A stretch of DNA of 64,000 nucleotides from a virus, in IMG/VR virus record IMGVR_UViG_3300042922_000707, positions 1 to 64,000 of that record; one strand, 5' to 3'. Shown piece after piece: positions 26,534 through 36,341 of the stretch; the first letter of the stretch is position 1; every line of letters starts with the position of its first letter. The notes beneath the pieces are model-generated. The model worked only from the letters and a program-made list of their open reading frames with translations, was not told where the DNA came from and searched no databases. The position numbers were made by a program, and so were the translations under genes.

Positions 26534-28261
26534 TTAAATGGCGTCCAATATGTCCTTAATTTCGTTTGGTGTAATTGCCCGCTTGCCTGTTATTATTTCA
26601 TCAAAAATCTGCTGTTTACGTGATAGAACTTCATTGACTATATACTCATCTATGGAGCCCCTACACAAGAGTCGAATAATTGTTACATTATTCTTTTGTC
26701 CTATACGATAGGCTCTATCCTCTGCCTGTGCTATGTAGGCGGGTGCCCATTCCAGGTCCATAAATATTACATAGGTAGCCACAGTTAAATTCAATCCCTC
26801 TCTGCATGACTGGGAAGTACCAATAAATACTTTACAGCTATCATCATCTTGAAATTTGTCTGCCTGCTTTTTCCTGTCCTGTGGAGCAACTACTCCTGTG
26901 ACATACGCAGGATTGTATTCGGCAAGCAGTAACTTCAGTCTTTGTGTCTCTTCCTCAAATTGACTGAATACAATTGCCTTCTCACCATTTTTTACTATAT
27001 CTGAAATAATGTCAATTAGTTCCTCATGTTTTACACTTGGAGCATCACTACCTATTAATTCCGGGTTAGTTGTAACTTGCTTTAGTCTTAGCAGTTTTAC
27101 CATGGGATTGGAAAGCCCTCTACCTATACCCAATTCTGAAAGCTCTTGTTTTATCCGGTCTCTTACCGCCTTGTAAATCTGTGTCTGTTTACCACCCATC
27201 TCGACATAAACATTCTTATAATTCTTTTCCGGCATGTCCATAACTTCCGACTTTGTTCTTCTAAGCATATTGGACCTAACTATCTTACCCAACTCATCCA
27301 ATTTTCTAGTACCCGTTATCTCTCTTCCAAATCTACCCTTAACTGACTCATAATAGGACCACTTGAAGTGGTGAAATTCCCTACTCTCAACACCAATAAA
27401 AGTTAAAGGTGTCCAGGCCTCTTCATGGTTATTTATAATGTAGGTACCCGACATGACTACCTTAAATGGTATATCCCGCAACTGACTCAATGCTCCCCAA
27501 ACAGCCCCACTCGGGTTTTTCATTTTGTGGCTTTCATCTATTGCTATACCATCTATTGGTATTAGTTCAAGTTGCTGAATATGGTTTTTGACCTGCTCAT
27601 AACCCATAATAAAATATACAAGCTCTTTGCATGTATATACATTTCTTAATTGCTCCAACCGCTTTTTGCTGTCACCCTCTATGGTTATTACTTTTGCATT
27701 GGGTAACCAGAATTTAATTTCATCCCTTACATTATACTTTAAGCCAGCTTTAGTTACATACAAAACCTTGCTAAACCCATCTCCATATTTTTTCCTTCTC
27801 CACTCACAGCCACTGATAAACTCCAACGTTTTCCCGAGTCCCATGTCATCCCCAAGTAGGAAGGAATTTCTATTCATCATATAGTGAAACGCTTCTATTT
27901 GGTGACCATAGGGTTTTAATTGAATGTCACCTTTGAAGGGCATTTCGATTGGGTATTCCTCGACACATTCCAAATTTGTGTAGTACTCTCTTTTTGTCAT
28001 GTCCCTCTTCATCTTCATTAATTTAAGTTCCGGTATGTCCCCAATAATTTCAATCTGCTCAAAGGTTCTCAGCACTTTGGTTATGTCCAATAACGGTACT
28101 TCTATCTCACCGGAGGAAAGATTTTTCCACTTTCTAGGTAGCTCCTGTACCTTGTCCTTATAGTACTTACTATCAGGAACTTTTAGAAACAGACTGTACT
28201 CACAGATATGTTTCATATCCACTGCATCTCTCTTTTCCATGGATACATTCATTATCATCAT
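26534..28261 (-). CDS. SNF2/SF2 helicase
   Basis: GDDMGLGKT, IDESH, SGT, MLRRTK, EGLNLT, QAEDRAYRIGQ. Confidence 0.93.
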   Translation of the reverse strand: MMIMNVSMEKRDAVDMKHICEYSLFLKVPDSKYYKDKVQELPRKWKNLSSGEIEVPLLDITKVLRTFEQIEIIGDIPELKLMKMKRDMTKREYYTNLECVEEYPIEMPFKGDIQLKPYGHQIEAFHYMMNRNSFLLGDDMGLGKTLEFISGCEWRRKKYGDGFSKVLYVTKAGLKYNVRDEIKFWLPNAKVITIEGDSKKRLEQLRNVYTCKELVYFIMGYEQVKNHIQQLELIPIDGIAIDESHKMKNPSGAVWGALSQLRDIPFKVVMSGTYIINNHEEAWTPLTFIGVESREFHHFKWSYYESVKGRFGREITGTRKLDELGKIVRSNMLRRTKSEVMDMPEKNYKNVYVEMGGKQTQIYKAVRDRIKQELSELGIGRGLSNPMVKLLRLKQVTTNPELIGSDAPSVKHEELIDIISDIVKNGEKAIVFSQFEEETQRLKLLLAEYNPAYVTGVVAPQDRKKQADKFQDDDSCKVFIGTSQSCREGLNLTVATYVIFMDLEWAPAYIAQAEDRAYRIGQKNNVTIIRLLCRGSIDEYIVNEVLSRKQQIFDEIITGKRAITPNEIKDILDAI

Positions 28262-28277
28262 GCCACCTCCTTTATAC

Positions 28278-28307
28278 AGTATAAAACCTGTCAGCCTAAA
28301 GTGTAAA
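28278..28307 (-). promoter_or_regulatory. Phage 18-bp-spacer promoter upstream of SNF2 helicase
   Basis: TTTACA-N18-TATACT-GTA. Confidence 0.75.
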
Positions 28308-28320
28308 AGGCAAGTTACTT

Positions 28321-28417
28321 AGTAATTTTACTATTAATATATGTAAGGAACCGCTTTGTACACACCTTAATTCTAGCCTAGTGCTACGAAAAACAAGTTT
28401 AAATAATTTGCTACACT
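28321..28417 (+). repeat. Dispersed intergenic element copy 3
   Basis: CCTTAATTCTAGCC core at 28365; upstream inverted TTAATAGTAAAAT box shared with copy 5. Confidence 0.6.
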
Positions 28418-28448
28418 GCTAAACAGCAGGCCTTTTTACGCTCCCGTC

Positions 28449-28493
28449 AAATAAAAAAAAAAAGAATAGAGCCTCACTTCAAAGCTCTATTCT
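28449..28493 (-). terminator. Terminator ending the late/lysis operon
   Basis: AGAATAGAGC/GCTCTATTCT stem plus long T-run on minus strand. Confidence 0.8.
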
Positions 28494-28500
28494 CATTAAC

Positions 28501-29064
28501 CTACTTTTTCAACATCTTGCTGAATAAAGAACCCGGGTATGGATGCCCATCGAAAAACTTCATTGTGCCATCATCAAATCCAAATGAGGACTGAACTTTA
28601 GCTCTAAGCTCTGCTGTGTGCTTAATTTCCCATGCCTCTAATATCTTGAAATATTCCAAAGGGTCTATGGACACATTGTCTGACTTCCTTCTTACTTCAA
28701 AATGTAAATGACTACCAGCCGCATTTTGTGGGTACACATACCCTGTATAACCCTCTACCCCAATTCTAGAATACTTATCCACCTTCTGACCAACTTTCAC
28801 TGCCCTGCTACCCAAGTGGCAGAAGAGTAGATAATACCCATTAAGGTCATCCATTTTAACATAGTTACCCCACTCCCAGGTAGTGCTACCCTTATCCAGT
28901 ATAATCTGGGAGGACACAATTTTTCCATTTGTGGGTGCCACTATGTTTTTGTTACCGATGCCCACACAGTCAATCCCTTTGTGGGGCCTTTTGTCCCCAT
29001 TGGGTAAAATACGTGGACCAAAGTTCGAGGTTATTTTATACTCGCCTTCATATAACTTATACAT
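28501..29064 (-). CDS. M23 peptidase endolysin
   Basis: ITSNFG.R, HKGID, GNYV, HLHFEVR, IDPLEY; start moved to ATG 29064. Confidence 0.88.
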   Translation of the reverse strand: MYKLYEGEYKITSNFGPRILPNGDKRPHKGIDCVGIGNKNIVAPTNGKIVSSQIILDKGSTTWEWGNYVKMDDLNGYYLLFCHLGSRAVKVGQKVDKYSRIGVEGYTGYVYPQNAAGSHLHFEVRRKSDNVSIDPLEYFKILEAWEIKHTAELRAKVQSSFGFDDGTMKFFDGHPYPGSLFSKMLKK

Positions 29065-29287
29065 CGCTGTCACTTCCCTTATTACTGTCTCTATTGGCGT
29101 CGACCATGCCTTCTCCAATAATATAGGCTACCAATGTTGCACATGCTGAAACTACTGCTACAACTTGCTCTATTGTTAAGTCCGGTACCTTGAACGCTAC
29201 CATTAAAGCAGTTAAAAATCCAGTTACAGCTACCCAAAATTTACGGGATGTCAACTTCTGTTTCCAATTGATTTTCATTATCCTCAC
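29057..29287 (-). CDS. Holin (2 TM)
   Basis: WKQKLTSRKFWVAV..AYIIGEG; directly upstream of endolysin. Confidence 0.8.
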   Translation of the reverse strand: MRIMKINWKQKLTSRKFWVAVTGFLTALMVAFKVPDLTIEQVVAVVSACATLVAYIIGEGMVDANRDSNKGSDSDV

Positions 29288-29525
29288 TCCTTCCTATCTT
29301 AACTACATTCTCATTCTTTGCCTTCCAATAATAAAAACCGGTACTTGCGGCGACTTCCGCAAACAGCCCCGTTATTATGTAGCTTAGTGGTGAAAGGTCA
29401 CCAGTTCGCCACATTAATACAAATGCAAGGGCAACAACAATCGTGGTACTAATCCAAACTGTGTACAGAATCTTCTTTGAAAACTCCGTCTTGTACTTAA
29501 TCTTAGAAATTGGCATTCTATTCAC
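29241..29525 (-). CDS. 2-TM membrane protein, holin/antiholin-like
   Basis: EFSKKIL..GFYYWKAKNEN. Confidence 0.65.
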   Translation of the reverse strand: MNRMPISKIKYKTEFSKKILYTVWISTTIVVALAFVLMWRTGDLSPLSYIITGLFAEVAASTGFYYWKAKNENVVKIGRSEDNENQLETEVDIP

Positions 29526-29539
29526 CTAAACCATCCTTT

Positions 29540-29851
29540 CTATTTTGGTGGCTCTGTTGGTAAGTCCAGAATTTCCTCACATAATTTTTCCATAACTCCA
29601 TTCTGACCTAACCCATGATACTGAGTGTACATGTTTCGAATATTCTCTTTGGCGTAAATGGGACAATAACCCTTTTCCATCCAATAGTTATATTCTTTAA
29701 TAATCTCATTCCTTAGCAAAGCCTGTAGCCCAAGCTCGACCGCCTCCAGGCGTACAAATTTCTTCTTGACCCATACGACTAGAGCAGTGAAGCAACTTAT
29801 TACGCCACCAAATAAAGCTTTCACCCAGTACTCTTTCACCCAATCTTCCAT
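29540..29851 (-). CDS. 1-TM holin-associated protein
   Basis: N-terminal TM, GLQALLR..YHGLGQNG; start moved to ATG 29851. Confidence 0.65.
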   Translation of the reverse strand: MEDWVKEYWVKALFGGVISCFTALVVWVKKKFVRLEAVELGLQALLRNEIIKEYNYWMEKGYCPIYAKENIRNMYTQYHGLGQNGVMEKLCEEILDLPTEPPK

Positions 29852-29959
29852 ATACCACTCCCAAAAGTTTATTATTTTAGTTATATAAAGTGAGCCCAGT
29901 AGCCTTTTATTGAGGGACCACATGGACTCATTAACTAACCTGGTTGTAATTATGGACTT

Positions 29960-29988
29960 ATTATAACATTCCCTAGTATAATTGTAAA
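29960..29988 (-). promoter_or_regulatory. Sigma-A-like promoter for lysis cassette
   Basis: TTTACA-N17-TATAAT. Confidence 0.65.
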
Positions 29989-29997
29989 TAATTACTA

Positions 29998-31911
29998 TTA
30001 ATCATTTATAAAATTTTCCCTCACCCAGAGGCGAGGAAGTTTTCTATCCGTATAATTGAAGGTTGACTGCCCATGCACATTAGGAATCCACTTTCGTGCC
30101 GACGTATTTATTAGGGCTTTGGAGCTAAAGTAATTATACTCACGTCTCCTTATAACAGCAACACTTGGTAATCGTCTGAAACTCTTTGCCAGTCCTAATA
30201 AAGCGTGGCTCTCTACCTCGGACAAGTCAAATTGCCTAATTATTCCGTGGGAGTTCAACAAGGTATTTTGCAGAATATATGCCACAGCAGGTAAGTCCAA
30301 TGGTAACTTAATGTCCAGAGTGGAACTTATTTCATACTGGCTTGCCCTAAGGATAGTTGCCCCACTTGGTAAATTCACAACCTCTCTGGAAACTGTGGTA
30401 GCCGTGGAACTCATATCCGAATGCACTCTTCCCATAATCCATGCATACCCAGACAACTCAGTTGACTTACCAAGTCGGTAACTACTTAGTAAAGAACCTC
30501 CAATTATCTCAGCACTGCCTGGCATAATGGAACCTCTCATTTCCCGAAGGACTGCCTGTGAGTGCAATTCATTTTCTAACTTCAAAATTTCCACTTTAGA
30601 GTTTAGGTTACTTAAATCAGACGCAATCAAGACTGCCCTTGATTCCATTGTAAATGTATTAAGAATATTTACCAAGGATTTCAAACTATTTAATAGGATG
30701 TCCGCTCTGCCCTCAAGACTATCCGACATGGTTTCACTTAGTATGGTTGTAGTGCTATACATTTCACTTGTTATCTTTAAGTTAGCTGTACCTGGTTGAT
30801 GTGTCGTTGGCTGATAGTAGGTTGAGTGCTTGTCATTTGAATGTAGCATACTTTTTACCGTGGCACTTGAGTATAAGTCACCCCTAAGCTTGTTGGTAAT
30901 TATCTTACTTCTCATATTGCTGTAACCATAGTCGCTTTGTACATGGGCTGTGGATGCAAGATTGTCCTCAAGTTTCTTTATAATTGCACTAGAGTTAAGT
31001 ACAAACTTGTTCAGTATGTTAATTATGGATGGAAAGTCGTTAAGTGTCTTTGCTTGAATTATGGCACTACTCATCATATGGTATTCATCTGAAAATGCCA
31101 TCCAATTTGGGTCACTATATCTAAATCTAATGCGGGGTGGTAGCTCTGACTCCCTTGAACGTATAAAAAACAGACTGTCACTCTTAACTGCTATGTTAAG
31201 CCTTGTCTTTCCTGACTGAATTAGGTTAAGGACTATCTGTGCTATGTCAACCGTTATGGCTGTATTGGTCACATCAATTTCCATTAATGGGTCACCCAAG
31301 GTCATGGGCGTCAGCCATGTTGCTGAATACTCATCCCAACTATTTAGACACTCAATAATTTCAATCTTCCCAAGTCCCTCTACCGCAAGATTTAACATTA
31401 GCTCAATGGATTTATTTATCATGCCCTCATTAATAAGTATCTGCTTTATAAAGGAAATGTCTATGTCTATATAGGATATGTAACTACCCTCGGGCAGGAC
31501 ACCAGTTATTAAAGTCTCTCTCCCACCATGGTTTAGGGTAGGTCGGCTTTCCCTTGTGTAAGTGTCCCGTACTGCGGCTAAAATTTCTTCTTGCCTTGGG
31601 GCCTGAATAAGGCGGTAGGCAACGTCCAATTCCGAGGTACCCGCCACCTTCAATGTACTTGCCAGGACATTTTGGTATGGTATTAAAAACCGGGATAGAA
31701 AGTCAAAGTCGATTGGCTTAATTACTGCGGTGCTGTATTTATCTCTTTTAAATGGTATCTTTGCACTACCCTTTAGATTTCTTATCCCATCTCCGTACAG
31801 TGCGTTAAATAGAACATCCAATTCATTTCGGTAGCCAAGTTTCGCAATTCCTTGCCCATCCCCACTACCATGCCCTCTTACCACTGCGGTGGAAGTAATT
31901 ATTGTATCCAA
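29998..31911 (-). CDS. Tail appendage protein with DNRLRE-like domain and periodic L.S.A.I repeats
   Basis: DTYTRESRPTLNHGG..WDEYSATW..SRES..PP. Confidence 0.6.
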   Translation of the reverse strand: MDTIITSTAVVRGHGSGDGQGIAKLGYRNELDVLFNALYGDGIRNLKGSAKIPFKRDKYSTAVIKPIDFDFLSRFLIPYQNVLASTLKVAGTSELDVAYRLIQAPRQEEILAAVRDTYTRESRPTLNHGGRETLITGVLPEGSYISYIDIDISFIKQILINEGMINKSIELMLNLAVEGLGKIEIIECLNSWDEYSATWLTPMTLGDPLMEIDVTNTAITVDIAQIVLNLIQSGKTRLNIAVKSDSLFFIRSRESELPPRIRFRYSDPNWMAFSDEYHMMSSAIIQAKTLNDFPSIINILNKFVLNSSAIIKKLEDNLASTAHVQSDYGYSNMRSKIITNKLRGDLYSSATVKSMLHSNDKHSTYYQPTTHQPGTANLKITSEMYSTTTILSETMSDSLEGRADILLNSLKSLVNILNTFTMESRAVLIASDLSNLNSKVEILKLENELHSQAVLREMRGSIMPGSAEIIGGSLLSSYRLGKSTELSGYAWIMGRVHSDMSSTATTVSREVVNLPSGATILRASQYEISSTLDIKLPLDLPAVAYILQNTLLNSHGIIRQFDLSEVESHALLGLAKSFRRLPSVAVIRRREYNYFSSKALINTSARKWIPNVHGQSTFNYTDRKLPRLWVRENFIND

Positions 31912-31946
31912 TTCTGTTCACCTCCTGTCCACGCAAAACAGACCAT

Positions 31947-33491
31947 TTAAATAGGCCTACTAATTAACTTTACTTGGAATATCTCATTACCAGTGTTTAC
32001 CATCTGTGGTAAAACCCTAATATAGACAATTCTCCTCTGACCTGCATTAAGCCTGAACCTAACTGGGTACATTGGAGAAAATGGATTTTCAATAAGGGAC
32101 ATTTCAATTTTAGTTCTGTACTCTGGGATAATGGAGTCATCCAAAAGCACATAATTTCCCTGTTGTATTCCAGCTCTACCATCCTTCGTCACACTTAACT
32201 CTATATTAAAGTCACCCGTCTCGTAACCACTTATAACTTCTACTGCCATCACGTTGGATTGATGACCACCTACCAATGTTCCAAAACTTAAAGGTCGGAG
32301 TTTTATTCTATCCGGTGTTGTGTACATGTCATAATCTACATTGACATCATCAAATGCCATTCCAGTTTCCAATGAAAGCATGTAGACTTGTGTATCAACA
32401 TCTAAACTCTTTTTGAACCCCTCTTCCGGTGTTGCAATTTCCAATAACTCTGACACCGTTGCTGTTATATCCGCAAAGCTAACAGAAATCCTCTTAAGCA
32501 GTGGCTCGTTCTCACGTTCATTGTGAATCCCACACAGTAGTATAAATTTACTTAAGTACAGGTCATTAGAAAGTTCCCCCCATTGTGCTTCTGTTATTTT
32601 CTGGAGTGTGGAACTGTTCATACCTGAGTTGAGTATTTCCTGCTTTGGTACAGTAACCCACTGCCCATCCGCATAAGATTTGCACACAATGCCATCCAAT
32701 GATACTAGGAATCTTACTCTCGACTTAGTCAGTACCGACTGAGATATCACTGGTGCTTGCTCCATTGCCGTGTAGGTTATTAGCGTTGGAGACTCAAGTA
32801 ATTTGTATGGTTGGAATAATGGAACAGTGAGTGACAATTTTGGAGCATTGACAGTGTCCTCCCATGCAATTAGGTCAAAGGTACTGCCCAACTCTTTCCA
32901 TCTGTCTTCGGGTATCACGGACAGGTCCAGTACCCCAAACTGAAGGAAATCCTGCCTAACCAATGGCTCAGCAAGTCCAGTGTCAACCCATTCTCCATAT
33001 GCAAAGCTGTAAATTATTCCATTATACTTTATTAAAAATTCCGCCATGGGCATGTAGTTGGATAAATCATATTCAACCTCCAACCCATCCCCATTTACAG
33101 TGACTGTATATGCCACCTTATAGTCTATTCCGTTCCGTGACATTTGAATAGTATAAGGCTTGCCACCCGTGGTGTTAGGCCAATTGGTAAGTCTTATCAT
33201 TTTAGTCCGGTCTGGAATTTTAAATATGTAGTAGGCAGTGCCAGTTGATGCTCCATAGTAGGGCACTAACAGGGATTCCCCAGAAAACAGATAATCATAA
33301 TTTATGTCCTCCACTCTTGCCGTCATATTATCGTCCACTATTATGCTTCTATCCACCATTATTTGGGCACCATATCTATCATAAAATTTTATTAAAGACA
33401 TAAAACCCATCATACCGCCTGCATTTGCTAAAAGTTTTAAATGCACCTTGCTCACCTCATTCCATTTACAGTATACCTTTAATTTCACCAT
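31947..33491 (-). CDS. Tail appendage/fibre protein
   Basis: Location; QFGVLDLS / ILNSGM..ITEAQW motifs. Confidence 0.55.
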   Translation of the reverse strand: MVKLKVYCKWNEVSKVHLKLLANAGGMMGFMSLIKFYDRYGAQIMVDRSIIVDDNMTARVEDINYDYLFSGESLLVPYYGASTGTAYYIFKIPDRTKMIRLTNWPNTTGGKPYTIQMSRNGIDYKVAYTVTVNGDGLEVEYDLSNYMPMAEFLIKYNGIIYSFAYGEWVDTGLAEPLVRQDFLQFGVLDLSVIPEDRWKELGSTFDLIAWEDTVNAPKLSLTVPLFQPYKLLESPTLITYTAMEQAPVISQSVLTKSRVRFLVSLDGIVCKSYADGQWVTVPKQEILNSGMNSSTLQKITEAQWGELSNDLYLSKFILLCGIHNERENEPLLKRISVSFADITATVSELLEIATPEEGFKKSLDVDTQVYMLSLETGMAFDDVNVDYDMYTTPDRIKLRPLSFGTLVGGHQSNVMAVEVISGYETGDFNIELSVTKDGRAGIQQGNYVLLDDSIIPEYRTKIEMSLIENPFSPMYPVRFRLNAGQRRIVYIRVLPQMVNTGNEIFQVKLISRPI

Positions 33492-34215
33492 ATTTACCCG
33501 TATCCAGGGTTAACTTATACAATGCACCTTCTGATAAATCCTCTGACTTTGGCATTGCCAACACCAATGCATCTGTACTATTAATCAAGTCAAATAATGA
33601 AACGCCGTATTGAATAAAATTTGCCTCCGTTAACTCTACTTCAATGAACTCTTTATTCTTATATGTATAGTATTTACCATTTGAGATAACTAAGTGAGTA
33701 CCTGTTCCATATGGAGAGTACCCGTCTGGAATCCCATATAGAAATTCAGAGTCCCCAAAATTCACGTTACACTGATTACCGGAAGTACTTGAACCACTTG
33801 ATACCGCGGGATATACCAATCCCATGCTGATAATGTCCGAGTGAGAAACACCAACCAGCACTCCATTTTTGTAAAAGGACAGCGTGCCAATATCTAAATC
33901 TATTGCCACCCCAATAACGTCGTTCACACCAAAAGTGGGACCATAACTTAGGGCTCCAGGATACTTAGGTCCTGTATTATAGTAATATCTAGTATTAGAG
34001 GTTGTGTAGCTAGATGCATTCAAATTTGCCAAAGCATTCACAATACCAACCATTGCTGAGGAAAGTTGGACAAAGCTAATCTCCCAATACCACTTACCAC
34101 TGCTTTTACCCTTATTGGCACGAACTGTACTGTTGTAATTAGGTATTACAGCAGTAAGGTCTTTATTACTCAATGATGCTCCACTACCTTTATTAATAGG
34201 GTCCCAGGTAATCAT
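33466..34215 (-). CDS. SPRY/B30.2-domain tail protein
   Basis: SSGKWYWE, DVIGVAIDLDIGTLSFYKNG, NFG..F.Y..PDGY. Confidence 0.82.
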   Translation of the reverse strand: MITWDPINKGSGASLSNKDLTAVIPNYNSTVRANKGKSSGKWYWEISFVQLSSAMVGIVNALANLNASSYTTSNTRYYYNTGPKYPGALSYGPTFGVNDVIGVAIDLDIGTLSFYKNGVLVGVSHSDIISMGLVYPAVSSGSSTSGNQCNVNFGDSEFLYGIPDGYSPYGTGTHLVISNGKYYTYKNKEFIEVELTEANFIQYGVSLFDLINSTDALVLAMPKSEDLSEGALYKLTLDTGKYGEIKGIL

Positions 34216-35285
34216 ATCGGTGTAACCTCCAATCTTTGAATTGACTCATATTCGGTTAGGAGTCTACTCGTGTACAATTTTCCAGCACCTAGGTCCTGTA
34301 TGTAAAGCATTTCTTCGTCAAACTCCGTTATGCTTGAGTACTGCAATTTGGATGATATTAATCTAAGTTCTGCCACTCTGACATAGTTCGCAGTTCCATG
34401 CTTTTCCACTATAAGTATCCGGTAGTATAAGTAAGAGCCGGGAGTTTTTATTTCATATGCCTCCCATACATTTGTAACCGGTATTGGAATATCTATCCGG
34501 ATGTCCAAAGTATCCCAAACCAACCCATCCTTGGAGCCTTCAAATCTCCATGACCTGGGTGCCTGATTAGCAGTAACGGGCCCCCTCAACCTGTACTCCT
34601 CTACGTGTTGCGGATAGGGAAGTTTAACTTGTAGCCATTGTGGTGCCACCCACGACGTAGAACTAGATACCCAAGCATCCGCATCAATCGCGTTGAGCCC
34701 GTTGAAGGCCTTCCAGGCCGAATAAGTCACATTGTAGACACTGCTTGCACTGGCTTCAAATCCATCCTGAATATTGGACAGCATTGTTGGTATTATAGAT
34801 ATACCATCAATTGGCTCCGTTATGCCAATACTCTTTATATTACTGCGTGAGGCGGTTGGAATTTCTATTTCAAGCTCTGCATCCCAAGAACCCACTACCA
34901 ATAATCCTTCCCCATACGTTACTGCAATGTTTTCATTTGACATGTAGTCCTCTTTAAAATCAAACTGCCTATGGAAGACTGGTGTACCTGTGTCCTCTTT
35001 TGCAATGGGGTACTCAAAGAATACATTAGCACTGTCTTCAGAATCTATTTCAAGCCTAACTAAATTGTCACCAATATTCAAGTAATCCAGTGGTATGATT
35101 GCACTTATATTAAGCGGTGGTTCCTGGAATTCATTTGAACTTTGGAACTCCACACTATTTATCAGTATACGGTACTTTATTCCTACCCCAACGGTGCCAC
35201 TGGCTATAGAGCTAAATTCTATTCCATCAGTATCCATGTACCATGTATTTGTCTTTGAGAAATGCACGCTTACTATAGTAGCCAT
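34212..35285 (-). CDS. Tail protein with discoidin (F5/8 type C) domain
   Basis: ASASS..AWKAFNG..W..PQWL..PRSWRFEGSKDG..W..LD..YLYYRI. Confidence 0.8.
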   Translation of the reverse strand: MATIVSVHFSKTNTWYMDTDGIEFSSIASGTVGVGIKYRILINSVEFQSSNEFQEPPLNISAIIPLDYLNIGDNLVRLEIDSEDSANVFFEYPIAKEDTGTPVFHRQFDFKEDYMSNENIAVTYGEGLLVVGSWDAELEIEIPTASRSNIKSIGITEPIDGISIIPTMLSNIQDGFEASASSVYNVTYSAWKAFNGLNAIDADAWVSSSTSWVAPQWLQVKLPYPQHVEEYRLRGPVTANQAPRSWRFEGSKDGLVWDTLDIRIDIPIPVTNVWEAYEIKTPGSYLYYRILIVEKHGTANYVRVAELRLISSKLQYSSITEFDEEMLYIQDLGAGKLYTSRLLTEYESIQRLEVTPI

Positions 35286-35302
35286 TTATTCTACCTCCTT
35301 CC

Positions 35303-36328
35303 TCAACTGAGTGTTACTTCAATTTCATATATATAATTGGTACTGGGTGAAACTGTTTCGTCCATAAATGACATAATCCCGTCGTCTTGCGTTTCAAAAA
35401 TTACTACCCCATCTCTCTTCAGCACAAGCCCTCGAAAGAACTCATCCGTCAAAATAGGTAACCAATTTAAGGAAACAACTTTATGTGCATGTATTTTCTC
35501 CGGAAGTAGGAGTCTGGTAGGCACCCACTCCACTAAGTGAGAGATGATGTTCACTAAAAACTCGTTGCCCCACAAAGCAATTCCATGCGTCCCATACATA
35601 TCGGATACATCAAACTCCAATATACTTGCCTCAGTGAACTCAATAGTTCTCGGTGTGGCTATGTTAGGGCAATTAGCATAAGTTACTGTATCCAAGTCCC
35701 ATGGCTGTGTTATCTTACCCACTCTTACACTTCCGGCTGACTGCAACTGTGCCAAGCTAAGTTTCATTAAAAGCTGTTCAAGGTACCCACTTCCCATTAT
35801 AGTTGGCCTCCACAGTAAAATCGCTGTGCTGTGCAAACGCAATGGCTGTCCATTGAAGTTATCATTTGGATAGTTGGGGTCAACTATAACTGCTTCCTGC
35901 CCTGTAGGAGCAATTTCTCTGTATGGAAATAATGCACTGCTGACATCGATGTCTATTGCATTAAAATAGTAGGCGCCTGTTCCATCCCCAGATATCACTA
36001 CACTATGCTCCCCATAGGGTAGGTTCAGTAACTCGTAATCCAGTGCAGTCTCAACAAGCACCGGGCCTGCCTGTGTAAATGTGTCAATTAATATTCCATC
36101 TATGGTGACATTATTTATACATCTATTGGGGGAACGTCTACCAATTAGCCTTAGCTTGTCACCAACAAAATTAAACTTAACAGAAATTGCATTTGTCATA
36201 TTAGCAACGTAGTAACACCCAAATCCAGATGTAAAGGTTGCTCCTTCATAGCTTATCAGTTTATCAGTTTCTTGATATCTCTTCCATCCGGCTTCCGGAT
36301 TTGGTAGAGACTGCCCAATTACTGCCAT
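35303..36328 (-). CDS. Tail appendage protein (beta-sandwich, DNRLRE-like and Fn3-like modules)
   Basis: GQSLPNPEAGWKRY, PNDNF..W....VTY, DETVSPSTNYIY. Confidence 0.6.
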   Translation of the reverse strand: MAVIGQSLPNPEAGWKRYQETDKLISYEGATFTSGFGCYYVANMTNAISVKFNFVGDKLRLIGRRSPNRCINNVTIDGILIDTFTQAGPVLVETALDYELLNLPYGEHSVVISGDGTGAYYFNAIDIDVSSALFPYREIAPTGQEAVIVDPNYPNDNFNGQPLRLHSTAILLWRPTIMGSGYLEQLLMKLSLAQLQSAGSVRVGKITQPWDLDTVTYANCPNIATPRTIEFTEASILEFDVSDMYGTHGIALWGNEFLVNIISHLVEWVPTRLLLPEKIHAHKVVSLNWLPILTDEFFRGLVLKRDGVVIFETQDDGIMSFMDETVSPSTNYIYEIEVTLS

Positions 36329-36341
36329 GTACTCACCCCAC

